DNA of 57,838 bases from a virus (IMGVR_UViG_3300047181_000043:1-57838), one strand, 5' to 3'; positions 44,849 to 55,855 are shown, counted from the stretch's first letter. Notes: generated by a model not told the origin, from the sequence alone. Program-made: numbers and translations.

Positions 44849-47044
44849 ATGGGTGAAGGTGATTTAAACAATTTTTTGACGCTGACTGGAACGACATTAA
44901 ATGCGTTTCTGAAGGCAAGCGAGGAATCTAGTCGAGGCAATAAGCAGCTATCGGATAGTATTTCTCGTTTAGTTCGTGCGATCGAGGGCGAACGTCAGAA
45001 AAAGCAGATGGATGAAGCGTCCTCCAAATCTAAAACAAAAGATCCCGCGCCTGGAATGCATAAAGATTCTGCGGTTCCTGGACAATTAACAATGCCAACC
45101 GCAGGAGCGGTTTCCAAGATAGAACGCACGGGAACTGAACGCAATCTAGATCTCCTATCAAATAGTCAGCAACGGATGATGACGATTCAAATGAATCAGA
45201 ATCGTCATTTGGAGAACTTAGTTGATTTATATTCAAAGGTTCATCCAGATAAAAGCGGAATCGGAGATTATTGGGTAAATCGCGGTAATAGCGGAGCTGG
45301 TCCTGTATCCGGTTTTACGGGTGGTGCTGTCGAGTTTTTCCGTGGATGGAAGGACAGGGCACAGAATATAAAAGAAGGCGCTCAGAAGGCTTATAACGGC
45401 ATTGGTGAGTTTGGTGAAAATTATGCCGCTGCTCGAATGACTGGATCCAATCAAGTGATGTCAGTTTTGAGGGCTGGCGCCTCCGCGCTACCTGGTGCTA
45501 GTGAAACCAGCATGAATGCTATAAAAAAATATAGCAAGGAGATCAGTAAGGGTCGTCTTAGTTTAAGTGCCACCATAATTCAATTAGAAACTATAGATGA
45601 GGCGTTAAAAGAAAAGCCGGGTAATCCCGATTTGATTGCTGCTAGAAAAACACTAGAAGAATCTCTGATTCAACAAACTGCAAATATTGCACAGAATACG
45701 GAAAAAATGGCTCCGTTGGTAGTTCAGCGTACTCAGCGGTTAAACAAGCAGCTTAATGGTAATATGTTCAAGGGGTTGCCTGAAGGCACTGAACAAATTC
45801 TAAAGACTCGGGCGACTAAGGAAATGTCTGCAGAATCTTTACAAGATATACAATCTGTTAGAAACGCATACTTGCCGCCATCCAATCCAGAACCCTCGGA
45901 AGATAATGATAAAAATCAATCAATGATGGAGCAACGTAAAGTTGATCTAGCTTCCGTGATGGAGTCTGCCTTGGCTCCTAGAGATATAGATATTAAAACC
46001 CCCCAATCTACCGCGGAATCAATTTCAACTTCTAACGAAACGCAGACTGTACCAAGCACAACATCTGCAGTTGATTTGGCAAGTGTAATAGAAAAATCAT
46101 TTAAAGGAATGGCTGCACAGTCTACCGGAGAAACAATTTCTGGAAATTCTATATCTGCGGGTGCCTCCGTTACCAACGAGGCCGGTGATAATGCATTTAC
46201 ATCAGCTCCTATAAATTCCGGAATTGATGAAAATCCAAAAACTGTTGGTGAGGCATTCGGTGCTATATATAATCAGCTCCATAAATTAAATGAAACCGAA
46301 ACTGCAGTTCTGCAAAAAGAAATTCCTAGTGGTGGATCCGGGTCGGGTGGAATACTTAGTGAATTGGGTGATGTTGCGTCGGTAAGTAACTTATTAAGTA
46401 AAGCTAAAAACGTGGCTGGAATTGCTGGAGCTACTGCGCTTGCCGGTGCTGGGATTGCCACGGCAAGTAATGCGGTCGGTGAATATGTAACTCCAGATTC
46501 GATGAAAACGGATTATGAATTGGAAGGACATACCGGAGGCACTAGCGAATTAGTCGGTAAGGGTGTTGGAAAGGGATTTACTAAGGGAGCCGGTAAGCTT
46601 GCTGCTAAAACTGGCGCTAAATTCTTAGGTAAAGAAGTTGCTAAGATGATTCCTGGAGTAGGACTCGTCATGGGTGCTACATATGCTGCCAAGCGTGCTT
46701 GGGATGGTGATTATCTTGGTGCTGCCGGTGAACTCGGATCCGGTGCTCTTAGTATGATACCTGGTGTAGGCACCGCGGCAAGTCTTGGAATCGATGCTGC
46801 GTTGGCGATTAGAGATGCCAGTGGATCTATGAATCCTAAGGGGTCCTCTGTTAATTCACCAACGGCACAAATGACTACAGATCGATACATTGATACAAAA
46901 TCCAGAGAAGCGGACGCAAAAATACAAGCTAATATGATGCGTCAGGTGTATATTGACGCGCTCACGCATCCTAAAGTAATTGAATCACAGAAGATGATTC
47001 AAAACGATTCTTCCGATAAAATTGTGGAAACTCTTAAGAGGTAA
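44849..47044 (+). CDS. Tape-measure / baseplate hub protein (gp29-like)
   Basis: Helical, A/G-rich; KMIPGVGLVMG...GDYLGAAGELGSGALSMIPGVG motif; ATAAACT upstream. Confidence 0.7.
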   Translation: MGEGDLNNFLTLTGTTLNAFLKASEESSRGNKQLSDSISRLVRAIEGERQKKQMDEASSKSKTKDPAPGMHKDSAVPGQLTMPTAGAVSKIERTGTERNLDLLSNSQQRMMTIQMNQNRHLENLVDLYSKVHPDKSGIGDYWVNRGNSGAGPVSGFTGGAVEFFRGWKDRAQNIKEGAQKAYNGIGEFGENYAAARMTGSNQVMSVLRAGASALPGASETSMNAIKKYSKEISKGRLSLSATIIQLETIDEALKEKPGNPDLIAARKTLEESLIQQTANIAQNTEKMAPLVVQRTQRLNKQLNGNMFKGLPEGTEQILKTRATKEMSAESLQDIQSVRNAYLPPSNPEPSEDNDKNQSMMEQRKVDLASVMESALAPRDIDIKTPQSTAESISTSNETQTVPSTTSAVDLASVIEKSFKGMAAQSTGETISGNSISAGASVTNEAGDNAFTSAPINSGIDENPKTVGEAFGAIYNQLHKLNETETAVLQKEIPSGGSGSGGILSELGDVASVSNLLSKAKNVAGIAGATALAGAGIATASNAVGEYVTPDSMKTDYELEGHTGGTSELVGKGVGKGFTKGAGKLAAKTGAKFLGKEVAKMIPGVGLVMGATYAAKRAWDGDYLGAAGELGSGALSMIPGVGTAASLGIDAALAIRDASGSMNPKGSSVNSPTAQMTTDRYIDTKSREADAKIQANMMRQVYIDALTHPKVIESQKMIQNDSSDKIVETLKR

Positions 47045-47046
47045 TT

Positions 47047-48198
47047 ATGGCCGACGCAAAAAAAACAGAAACAGATACTCGGCTAAGAACTCAACTTAAT
47101 ACGCCGAAAACAAATATTGTTAAAATAGTGACTTTGACTGGTGAACAGCGTGCTCGTTATTTAGGCGGAATACAGCAATTATCAAATAGCACGCGTGAAG
47201 CGTTCTATGATGTTTCGGTCAATTATAAATTGAGAACCTTCTATGGTTTTATTAAGCAGGGTGCTATCCAGGGAATGAAGATAACCCCTAAATGGGTATC
47301 TGATACTACCGGTGGTGGTTTGATGGGATCCATCAAAGATGTTGTCACCGCAACTATCGATCCTAGTGGTGGAGGCGCGGCAAAAATGTTTAATGCTGCG
47401 TCTACCCTGGCAAATGATCTCACCGGCATAAGCATGTCGGTAACCGGGTCTAGTTCGTTAAAACGCTTTACCGGTGTGGATTTGGGTGGATTTAATATTC
47501 AGTGTGGTTGGTCTGTGCGTGAACAACTTGATCAATGTCGAAATGAATTAATGATATTGACTCGAATGGCATATCCGGTACAGGCGGAACAACAGAACAT
47601 ATTAAAGGTGTTGGATGGAGTTGTTAAAAGTTCCGGTAAATTGATAACCGACACAGCTTCTATATTAGGGCCTGTCGGCGCATCCGCTATTTCTGGGGCC
47701 ACTAAGGGAGTTGATGCGATTGTAACAAATGGCGCCAGCGCTATTATGAACATGGCCAACCTTTTTGGAAATAACTTTACCGTAGATCCCATTCCAGTTC
47801 GAGTGATGGTAGGTAATTACATCGATCTCGAGCCATTGGTTATAGATGATGTTTCCGTTTCATTTTCAAAGGAAAACTTTAGAGCGGATGATGGATATGA
47901 TTATCCTTTAACCGTCGATGTTACCATAGCATTCTCATTCTGGCTGACGCCTGCACCAAAGCTTGAATTTATGAAATTCCTTGGTCAAGAAATGTTTGGT
48001 CCTAATGCGGACGCTAAGTTAACTGCGATGTATTCTGAAATATTGGCACAAGATCCAAGCGCGACACCATCAGAAAAAGACAGCAGTAAAACATCAGATG
48101 CTATACAAGCAAACACATTTGCCACCTCAGATAGTGCATTATTGACTAAACCAGGTACGCGGCCGGTAGCGGAGAGCACCAACGTGGTTACTAGATAA
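47047..48198 (+). CDS. Baseplate tail-tube cap, gp48-like
   Basis: LTRMAYP, PLVIDDVSVSF, YPLTVDVTIAF; position. Confidence 0.55.
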   Translation: MADAKKTETDTRLRTQLNTPKTNIVKIVTLTGEQRARYLGGIQQLSNSTREAFYDVSVNYKLRTFYGFIKQGAIQGMKITPKWVSDTTGGGLMGSIKDVVTATIDPSGGGAAKMFNAASTLANDLTGISMSVTGSSSLKRFTGVDLGGFNIQCGWSVREQLDQCRNELMILTRMAYPVQAEQQNILKVLDGVVKSSGKLITDTASILGPVGASAISGATKGVDAIVTNGASAIMNMANLFGNNFTVDPIPVRVMVGNYIDLEPLVIDDVSVSFSKENFRADDGYDYPLTVDVTIAFSFWLTPAPKLEFMKFLGQEMFGPNADAKLTAMYSEILAQDPSATPSEKDSSKTSDAIQANTFATSDSALLTKPGTRPVAESTNVVTR

Positions 48199-48206
48199 AG
48201 GATTAT

Positions 48207-48620
48207 ATGTTAACATTTCCACGAATAAAACCATTTAAGTTTGAATATCAAAATCCATATGTGATTCCACAAAAATTTGTGGGTCGGGTAGATTTGATTG
48301 CACACGAGATATATGGATATACTTCATTATATAAGCCATTGGCGGCAGCCAACCATATACGAATGACGTTGGGACACCGTTTGGGAATTCGTCCGATTGG
48401 TGAGGCCATTGAAAAAGATAGGGTATTTCTCGGGGAATCTACAACCTATGTTAGTCAATATATGGAGAACCATATAGAAACTGAATTTGACTGGATGCGA
48501 TACGGAGATATATCGAAAGGTAGTTTTAGTGACGCATATGAAGGCAGACTTCTATTAGTCCCATCATTCCAGTCAGCGAAGGCCTGGATGGATCAGTATA
48601 ATATTGTTGAGGTGAAATAA
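48207..48620 (+). CDS. Baseplate wedge protein, gp53-like (LysM-like)
   Basis: GRVDLIAHEIYG...LAAANHI...GRLLLVP. Confidence 0.65.
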   Translation: MLTFPRIKPFKFEYQNPYVIPQKFVGRVDLIAHEIYGYTSLYKPLAAANHIRMTLGHRLGIRPIGEAIEKDRVFLGESTTYVSQYMENHIETEFDWMRYGDISKGSFSDAYEGRLLLVPSFQSAKAWMDQYNIVEVK

Positions 48621-48621
48621 A

Positions 48622-49920
48622 TTGGCCGCTGGTACGATTAGAGACGCGAGTTCGCTCAATATTTTCGTTCAATTTGGAAATGTTACCTTTACTACGGGTG
48701 ATATTATTTATTTTCAATATACTAATCAAATGAATCAACCGCCTAGCGGCCGCTTGATATTAATCGATAGAAACTCAACTACGATGAATACTACTAATTC
48801 GGATAGTGGTACAATTATATTTTCTAAAACAAATGATGGAACCGAGAATAAGGCATCTGGATTAAGTATCCTAGTTACTGGAAATGTCCAGACAAGCAGA
48901 AATGGAACCAATACCATATATGAATTTTCCTGGATTGCCGGAACTAACCAGACCAGCAAAAAGCATTCGTTAGCATTTGTTGGTACAAGTGGTTCGGTAA
49001 TGCAGCAAATATTAAAGAATGTGGATCAGCCACAACTTAATACTAAAATAAACGTGAACCAATTGACCGATTCCCAGGTATGGAGATTTTACTCAAAGAA
49101 TGCGTGGGAACAATTAAGTGCGGTAAGTGATCATTCCATGTTGAAGAACGATTATATCTTCTGGGCATGGGATGAAGTAAACAATCAATTTAGATTAACT
49201 TCAATAAATACCGAGATGGGATCTCATAGTGGATATGCTATTATGCAATCAGATGATTCCAATCAGGCCAATGAGAATTTGATGACTTTTGATAATCCAA
49301 AATATACGGTGTGGAAGTGTAAACGAGTAGCTAAAAATAATAATCTATTTGAAAACCGAGAATTCTTATATCCTAATACCATGTTTGAAGTTGTTGATGG
49401 CACTACGCGTGGTTCGGGTAATGTAGCCGGTGTTTGTTTCGATCAGATCGTTACTGATATTGGTGATAGTAAGATGACTGCAGTAAATTCATTAAAGAGC
49501 GCCGGTGCGGTAGGCCCCGTTGGAAATCACATAGTGAAGCGAGCATTTCCAAACAATACCCACAAGCTATATGATTTTGCCGATGTATATCGAAAATATA
49601 AAATCTCCACATTTTGTAAAAGCCTAACTTTTGATTTGAGTAATGCCATAGGTCCACCAGTAGGATCTTCAATTGAAGTCTTATTGATGCCGGATAATTA
49701 TAACCAGAGCTCGGTAAAGGTTGATATGGATTTTTCTGATAAATATATAATAACAGAAAAAGAAATAATTTTTTCAACAATAGATCAGAATAACTATGGT
49801 AAGGCAATTGCTGCCAATCCGGTATTTACTACTACTTTCCGAGTATCTACAGATAATTTTGACAAACCAGGATTTCCAAATGTTGAAACCGCGGCTAAAC
49901 TACTGAGTAAATTAGCATGA
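48622..49920 (+). CDS. Baseplate hub protein, gp27-like
   Basis: Beta-rich, between gp53-like and gp5-like genes; PSGRLILID, YIFWAWDE. Confidence 0.55.
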   Translation: MAAGTIRDASSLNIFVQFGNVTFTTGDIIYFQYTNQMNQPPSGRLILIDRNSTTMNTTNSDSGTIIFSKTNDGTENKASGLSILVTGNVQTSRNGTNTIYEFSWIAGTNQTSKKHSLAFVGTSGSVMQQILKNVDQPQLNTKINVNQLTDSQVWRFYSKNAWEQLSAVSDHSMLKNDYIFWAWDEVNNQFRLTSINTEMGSHSGYAIMQSDDSNQANENLMTFDNPKYTVWKCKRVAKNNNLFENREFLYPNTMFEVVDGTTRGSGNVAGVCFDQIVTDIGDSKMTAVNSLKSAGAVGPVGNHIVKRAFPNNTHKLYDFADVYRKYKISTFCKSLTFDLSNAIGPPVGSSIEVLLMPDNYNQSSVKVDMDFSDKYIITEKEIIFSTIDQNNYGKAIAANPVFTTTFRVSTDNFDKPGFPNVETAAKLLSKLA

Positions 49921-51098
49921 TAAATGATGGATATTTAAATGGAGTTGTGTTTTCTGACGACGTGGATCCGTACAAGGCGGGTGCTGTAAAGGTTCATATC
50001 CCAGGAATTACGGATGGATGGGATTCTTCTCTCCTTCCATATGCATTACCACTATCAGGAGCAACTCATTCGGTGCCTACCAAGGGAACTAACCTGGTAA
50101 TACATCTCGAGGACCATGGTGATCTTAACAAACCTAGATATTCATTTGCATCACAAAACAAAAGCGCTCTACCGGAAGAATACGTAAACAATTATCCAGA
50201 TGTTGCAGTTACTAATCTGGGTGATGATGGATTTAAGATGGTACATAATAGAGCCACCTCTTCTACTACTTGGATTCATCCTAATCAAAGCACCATAACA
50301 TGGGATGGTGTTGGTAAAATGGTATTTGATAATGAGCAGGCATTTGGTAATACCGGCCGCGGTGCGAAGAATAACCAGGGCAATAGAACCCAGCCTGTAT
50401 TAACTGGTGGAACTATAGATATATTTACAGCAAAAGCATTTGGCGCCAGCCAGGGATCATCCTATTTTGCAGTTCCTCATCTGGACAACCCACAACCTAG
50501 CAATGTGAATACGGACACCATTCCTGATGATAATTCGGTTGTCGAACCAGCAACTACCAGATTCATTCTGGATGAAGAAATAGAATTTATACAATCGTCA
50601 AATTACACTAGAAGTGTTGTGTGGAAGGCGGTTAAATTATTCATTACTACATCAAACGCCCAGGATTTTTATTCAGTTTCAAAGAAATGTGCTGATTCGA
50701 ATTCAAAAAAATCATTTCATTATGTTGTAGGAAAAACATATTCTGGATTAAACGCATCATCGGGTCCTAGTAGAAATGCTGATCAGGTAGCCGGTGGTGT
50801 AGAAGGATTGATCCAAACAGTTGATTTAAATCAACAGGCAATGTCCGTTTCTAACGGAACATATAAAGGAAAATCGGTTGATTCAATCTCAATATCGGTT
50901 TGCTTGATCGACGGTTCATCAACCCCATCGCTTACTGGATATAGACCAAACCAATTCCAGATCAAGACTTTGCAGAACATCTACAAGCATATTAAACAAA
51001 ACGTCGGAAATATATCGGTGATATTAATAAACGATATTACAATTCCCGGATTGATATCTTCCGGTATTGATATGGATATAGCAGAGGTTGCTGGATAA
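49917..51098 (+). CDS. gp5: Central spike, gp5-like: N-terminal OB fold plus degenerate Amidase_2-like domain
   Basis: DPYKAGAVKVHIPG, HSVPTKGT...GDLNKP; C-terminal SFHYVVG...IQTVD...SISVCL...QIKTL. Confidence 0.75.
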   Translation: MINDGYLNGVVFSDDVDPYKAGAVKVHIPGITDGWDSSLLPYALPLSGATHSVPTKGTNLVIHLEDHGDLNKPRYSFASQNKSALPEEYVNNYPDVAVTNLGDDGFKMVHNRATSSTTWIHPNQSTITWDGVGKMVFDNEQAFGNTGRGAKNNQGNRTQPVLTGGTIDIFTAKAFGASQGSSYFAVPHLDNPQPSNVNTDTIPDDNSVVEPATTRFILDEEIEFIQSSNYTRSVVWKAVKLFITTSNAQDFYSVSKKCADSNSKKSFHYVVGKTYSGLNASSGPSRNADQVAGGVEGLIQTVDLNQQAMSVSNGTYKGKSVDSISISVCLIDGSSTPSLTGYRPNQFQIKTLQNIYKHIKQNVGNISVILINDITIPGLISSGIDMDIAEVAG

Positions 51099-52999
51099 TG
51101 GCCTGTAATGTAAAAGATTTGATTGAAGGTAAAGTTAGTGGCGGGAAGTTTCTCGGCCTAGAAGGCAATTCTGCGGCCCAAGGCGAGCGTTCTACCGGAG
51201 TTTCCGCTGCCATAAACGGCGGAAGCGTTGCAAATCGTGCTGGAGGTCCTGGAATTGGAGCCACTAGTAAGAATTCATCGAATACTGTACCATCTGCTGC
51301 AGGATCTTCCGGTTCTGCGGTTACCTCAGCCACCCCACCATATAACCCTACCTCGCTATCATATTTAGAAAGTGCTGTAAATAATATACGGAATGTTGAC
51401 TGTATTCAAAATGTAAAGAATTTCGTAGGTGTTGGTAAAGGTGGTTATGTTGATTCGGCTGCCGCCATTTACAATAATTATCTTAAAGGTATTGTTGGTG
51501 AAAAATTTCTTCAAGATATTGGGCAGCTAGTAGGATATCAGGATTCCAGTTTTACCATGAAAGACCGGATAATACGTCTGATCTGTGTAAATGTATCATC
51601 TTGGTTCCAAGTATTATCGGCTTTGATAGAACAAGTTCTTAAGATAGTACCTACTATATTTGATAAAATTGATAAGTTGTTGAATAAAGCCATGAGATTG
51701 TTGGCAGAGTTATCTAGTATAATAAGTCAGTGCTTATTGCAGGTATTATCTAATCTGAAAAACCTCGCTAAAAATCTTATAACTGGATTGTTGGATCTCG
51801 AGAGCCTACGAAATGCAATGGCTGAATGTCCATGTATTCTACATATGGTAGCTAAATTATTTGGATGTCCCGATTCATATACTGCGGATGAAGTTATTTC
51901 ATGCCTAACTGAAAAATTTAATGATTTGGTAGGTCCTATTCTGAAAGCTATAGAAAAAGGCTTCCAAGTAATTGTTAAAATGATAGAAGGCATATTTGAA
52001 AGATTGAACGCTACTATCAAGAAAATAATGGATTCGATTTTTGCAGTTCTGCGTTCGTTAATGCGCCAGTATTGCAAGCTGCTATCTAAGAAAATGAATG
52101 TCGATCCCATAGTTAAGATTGCTAAATCTTTTAATATGGAATGCTTGCTGGTATATACCCAGGAAAATGGACCATTAGGTACTAAATATTATGGCATGAA
52201 TGTTTATGATATTATGAATACCTTTACTATTTGGGGAAATTGTATTACCGATATATGTGACTTGTTAGGTCCAAATATTCGTCTGCAGATGAAGCAGTAT
52301 ACCGAAAAACTGCGTCTTAACATACAGTTTTGGGATAATCCATTAACTGCGGATTTATTTACCGTATGTACGCAATCGATGCAATATTCGGCGAGTGATG
52401 TTGGTGTGGATAAATTGCGATCTATATGGAGTGCAGGTAAGCCATCAAAATCGGTAGTTGATAATTTTCATGACTCTATCAAGAATGCGCAGACCGAATT
52501 TTCTAACGCAAATCCACCGGTGACGGACGATCCTACTTATTATCCGGCTACTGCTAATATGATATCACCGGAAGGCGGAACTTCAGATGGCGAACCTAGC
52601 ATATCTGGGATTCAGCCTACATATGGAGTGCTGAGTCATTATCCAAATATATCCGGTGATTTATCTAAGATAGTAGAATCTATGTCCAAGTTCTTTCCTA
52701 CCGATACGTTCTACAGAAAATTCCTAGAAATGAAGGATTGGTTGATGATGTATAAGTCAAGTGCTGAATTATATAATTCAATAACCAAGGCAAGTTCTAA
52801 TTTTATGAACTCTCTATCTAAAGAAGTTAATTTTTCCGGTTTGGTTGGAATTGATCTAACTAAAGATGAACCCTCGCCGGATTATGCAGTATCATCTGAC
52901 CTACATTATTATGATTTTGGCTCGCGCCCAACAATGGAAAATGGCGAGAGCCGTCAGGCATTGTATAAAAAATGGTTTTCTCAAGCGCATATAGCATAA
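51098..52999 (+). CDS. Hypothetical Cys-rich helical protein coupled to gp5
   Basis: 633-aa ORF, TAATG overlap; G/S-rich N-terminus. Confidence 0.75.
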   Translation: MACNVKDLIEGKVSGGKFLGLEGNSAAQGERSTGVSAAINGGSVANRAGGPGIGATSKNSSNTVPSAAGSSGSAVTSATPPYNPTSLSYLESAVNNIRNVDCIQNVKNFVGVGKGGYVDSAAAIYNNYLKGIVGEKFLQDIGQLVGYQDSSFTMKDRIIRLICVNVSSWFQVLSALIEQVLKIVPTIFDKIDKLLNKAMRLLAELSSIISQCLLQVLSNLKNLAKNLITGLLDLESLRNAMAECPCILHMVAKLFGCPDSYTADEVISCLTEKFNDLVGPILKAIEKGFQVIVKMIEGIFERLNATIKKIMDSIFAVLRSLMRQYCKLLSKKMNVDPIVKIAKSFNMECLLVYTQENGPLGTKYYGMNVYDIMNTFTIWGNCITDICDLLGPNIRLQMKQYTEKLRLNIQFWDNPLTADLFTVCTQSMQYSASDVGVDKLRSIWSAGKPSKSVVDNFHDSIKNAQTEFSNANPPVTDDPTYYPATANMISPEGGTSDGEPSISGIQPTYGVLSHYPNISGDLSKIVESMSKFFPTDTFYRKFLEMKDWLMMYKSSAELYNSITKASSNFMNSLSKEVNFSGLVGIDLTKDEPSPDYAVSSDLHYYDFGSRPTMENGESRQALYKKWFSQAHIA

Positions 53000-53008
53000 A
53001 CAGGTAAC

Positions 53009-53509
53009 GTGAACTACAAGCAGGACTGTCATAAGGGTGTATACCCAATAACCAATCGGGAAAAATATATAGGTGCTGCCTATCCCGAATTTAAATCTAA
53101 TTGGGAAAAGCGGATATTTTATATGTTAGACACTAACCCATTCGTATTGAAATGGGGATATGAATTTGTTCGCATCAACTATGTCCACCCAGTGACTGGC
53201 AAATTTGCAATATATCTGCCTGATATTTTCTGCCAGGCGAAAACCGAAAGTGGTCGGGTTATGAATTACTTGATCGAAATAAAACCGGCCAAAATGAAAG
53301 AAGCTCCGAAGGAACCAAAACAACCAAAAAGCTTTGAAGCTTCTAGCGGTCCTAAGTATCAAAAATCAATTGCTAGATATAATAGCGAAATGGTTGATTA
53401 TGCTATTAATCGCGCAAAATGGGATGCTGCTGAGCGCTGGTGTCTAACAAATCAAGTTACTTGGATAATACTTACCGAAAATGAAGCAAAGGCGTTATTC
53501 CGAAGTTAA
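53009..53509 (+). CDS. gp4: Head completion nuclease, gp4-like (TnsA-type PD-(D/E)xK)
   Basis: KGVYPITNREKYIG, KSNWE, KWGYE, YLPD, LIEIKP, NRAKWDAA, ILTE. Confidence 0.88.
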   Translation: MNYKQDCHKGVYPITNREKYIGAAYPEFKSNWEKRIFYMLDTNPFVLKWGYEFVRINYVHPVTGKFAIYLPDIFCQAKTESGRVMNYLIEIKPAKMKEAPKEPKQPKSFEASSGPKYQKSIARYNSEMVDYAINRAKWDAAERWCLTNQVTWIILTENEAKALFRS

Positions 53510-53529
53510 AATTCAAATATCTTATTTGA

Positions 53530-53946
53530 ATGAGTTGTTGCGGCGGAGAGCCATATACCGGTGAAATCTATATACCACTTCCACAGAGATTGGTAGAATA
53601 CGGCCAAACCACGGTCGGATTGGAAGTTATGAATAGATTTCCGAGTACCCGGCTTTGGATATTTTCTTTTATCCAGGACGTGGAAGGATGTTCGTCTTGT
53701 GTAGACGCGTTTACACAAATGATATCATGGTTTCGCAAACGTGATTTTTTGGATAATCCATCGAATAATGTGAAATTCATATATGAAGATAATATTTTAG
53801 GAAATCCTATAGCTAGAGATATAGGTATAGTAAAATCACCAACTCATATCTTTTGCGGTCCTGACGGAACTATACATGATATTGTTCTAGGTACTCCAAA
53901 TGATGAATGGTTGGATCAATATATTTTGCCAAAGTTGGTATCATGA
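53530..53946 (+). CDS. Thioredoxin-fold protein
   Basis: CSSC motif; IARDIGIVKSPTHIF..PDG. Confidence 0.7.
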   Translation: MSCCGGEPYTGEIYIPLPQRLVEYGQTTVGLEVMNRFPSTRLWIFSFIQDVEGCSSCVDAFTQMISWFRKRDFLDNPSNNVKFIYEDNILGNPIARDIGIVKSPTHIFCGPDGTIHDIVLGTPNDEWLDQYILPKLVS

Positions 53947-54998
53947 AAAATAATGAAGTTTACATAGTAGGTTATTCACTGGATTCTTGTGTTGCTGCTA
54001 GAAAGTTCGCACAAGAAGGAAATCACGTTTATCATGTTTGTACGGGTCCATTGGGGTACCCACATGATGAAATTGGTGAATTTTTAACTGAGGAAGGGCG
54101 TAAGGTATTACTCACTTATATACCCGGACTGAAGCTAATCCCAGTATTCAATTCGCGCTATCTGTTTGTTCCATATGACTCACTCAAGATGATCAATAAT
54201 AAAAATGGATTGATTAGCTTTCCATTAAACAAATCAAGCTTTGAGACCGCATCAGAACTAGAGCAGATGTGTGCTGTAAATTTAGATGGCTTTGTCTCTG
54301 AAATAGTTGAATCACAAAATCCATCATCCGTAATAAAGAAACACTTTCCTAAATGGATGTATGAGAGTATTGGGAAGGTGATGCTTGGGAATAAGTGGGG
54401 ATTTAAGCAGAATAAGTTGTCCGCTGGCGCGTTTATAAAGGAATTTGGTATAACTTATGGCAAGGATTATAAGAAGTCTAAAATGTTAGGACTTAACGAT
54501 ACCAATAATGGCACCATTTATTATCCATCTGTTTCTTATGCTGATTTGTGTGAACAATTCTTAGATCATCCAAATATTAGCAAGGAAACTCGCAATATTG
54601 AATGGTTGCAAAAAAATATTAATTCGCGAATAAAAGCAAAAGAATATATAGTGATGGATAATCGAATTGATTTTGCGTGTAAGTATATGGCCGGTAAGTT
54701 AGATCGCTCTACTATGTGGTCAGAAACAATAGATCCAAACGCGGCGGAAGAACTAATTGATATGGGAGAGGGTGTGGTTCAGACGCCTATGAAAGATCAT
54801 TGGTGTGTTTCTGTTCAAGGTAAACAGGTAAAGAAAATATTCTCCAAGCCTATAGTATCGATTAATACCCCAGTTCTGGGAGAATTGGCAGATACATTAG
54901 CCAACGAAAAAACATATCAGGAATATCAAGAAATGATTCAATTGTATTCCAGGAAGCACTTATCGTTGCGCAGATTGATAAAAACTGTATTGATATGA
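53943..54998 (+). CDS. UDP-galactopyranose mutase-like protein (divergent)
   Basis: VYIVGYSLDSCVAARKFAQEG Rossmann start, SFPLN, YYPSVSYADLCEQFLDHPNI, GKLDRS, NEKTYQEY. Confidence 0.6.
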   Translation: MKNNEVYIVGYSLDSCVAARKFAQEGNHVYHVCTGPLGYPHDEIGEFLTEEGRKVLLTYIPGLKLIPVFNSRYLFVPYDSLKMINNKNGLISFPLNKSSFETASELEQMCAVNLDGFVSEIVESQNPSSVIKKHFPKWMYESIGKVMLGNKWGFKQNKLSAGAFIKEFGITYGKDYKKSKMLGLNDTNNGTIYYPSVSYADLCEQFLDHPNISKETRNIEWLQKNINSRIKAKEYIVMDNRIDFACKYMAGKLDRSTMWSETIDPNAAEELIDMGEGVVQTPMKDHWCVSVQGKQVKKIFSKPIVSINTPVLGELADTLANEKTYQEYQEMIQLYSRKHLSLRRLIKTVLI

Positions 54999-55855
54999 TC
55001 TCGGTAATTATAATATTACATAACCAATCAAAAAATTTAGATCCGATTTTATTAGGATTGTCTAGACAATCTATATCTGATTTTTCAGTAATTGTAATTG
55101 AAGACCGTCCTACCGAATCAGATCATGCTGAACATTTGTTAGCAATATCAAGTTCTAATATTTCAGACAAAATATTATTACACACATTATCCAATCATCC
55201 ATTAGTTTCTCGTAAAAATCCTGATGGGTCTACATTCCTTGCTCCATATGCTAGAGAAGTTGGGTTGGATATGGCGATTGCGTCGGGAAGCGAGTATTTT
55301 ATATTTATAGATGGTGATTGCATTCCATTGTCAGGTATGATAAGTGGTCACTTGGATTCACTTAAATATAATATTCCAGTTCTTACGTGTGGACGAAGAA
55401 GGGAAAAAAAGTATAGATGGCAGGATATGCGCGAATGCGAACCAGGAATAATGAATTATGGTATTTTTCGCGGAAAAGGAATGCTCGTAAATAATCCAGA
55501 TTTATTGATTAAATCATTATTGGTTTGGTCATGTAATATTGGATTGAATCTGGCTGCGGTGCGCCGTATCCGCGAATTAAATAGGATGTTTACCGGACAC
55601 TCGGATTTATTCTGTCGCCATTTCTGGGGAGCCTGGGGCGGCGAAGACGGCTTTCTAGGAATTCAGGCATGGACAACGCGCACGTATATTAAAATGCTGG
55701 GTGATCCGATGTCTGGAGTTGATCATATAGATCATCCGCGCCCCGCAGAAATATATAATCCAGACCACTCTAAATTTTTATCAGATATTTCTGATAAATT
55801 AAGAAAGTATTTAGTTATAAATCCATTGGATTTGGCATTCTTCACGAATTTTTAG
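54995..55855 (+). CDS. Family 2 glycosyltransferase
   Basis: ISVIIILHNQ, VIVIED, FIFIDGDCIP, SCNIG, WGGED. Confidence 0.88.
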   Translation: MISVIIILHNQSKNLDPILLGLSRQSISDFSVIVIEDRPTESDHAEHLLAISSSNISDKILLHTLSNHPLVSRKNPDGSTFLAPYAREVGLDMAIASGSEYFIFIDGDCIPLSGMISGHLDSLKYNIPVLTCGRRREKKYRWQDMRECEPGIMNYGIFRGKGMLVNNPDLLIKSLLVWSCNIGLNLAAVRRIRELNRMFTGHSDLFCRHFWGAWGGEDGFLGIQAWTTRTYIKMLGDPMSGVDHIDHPRPAEIYNPDHSKFLSDISDKLRKYLVINPLDLAFFTNF

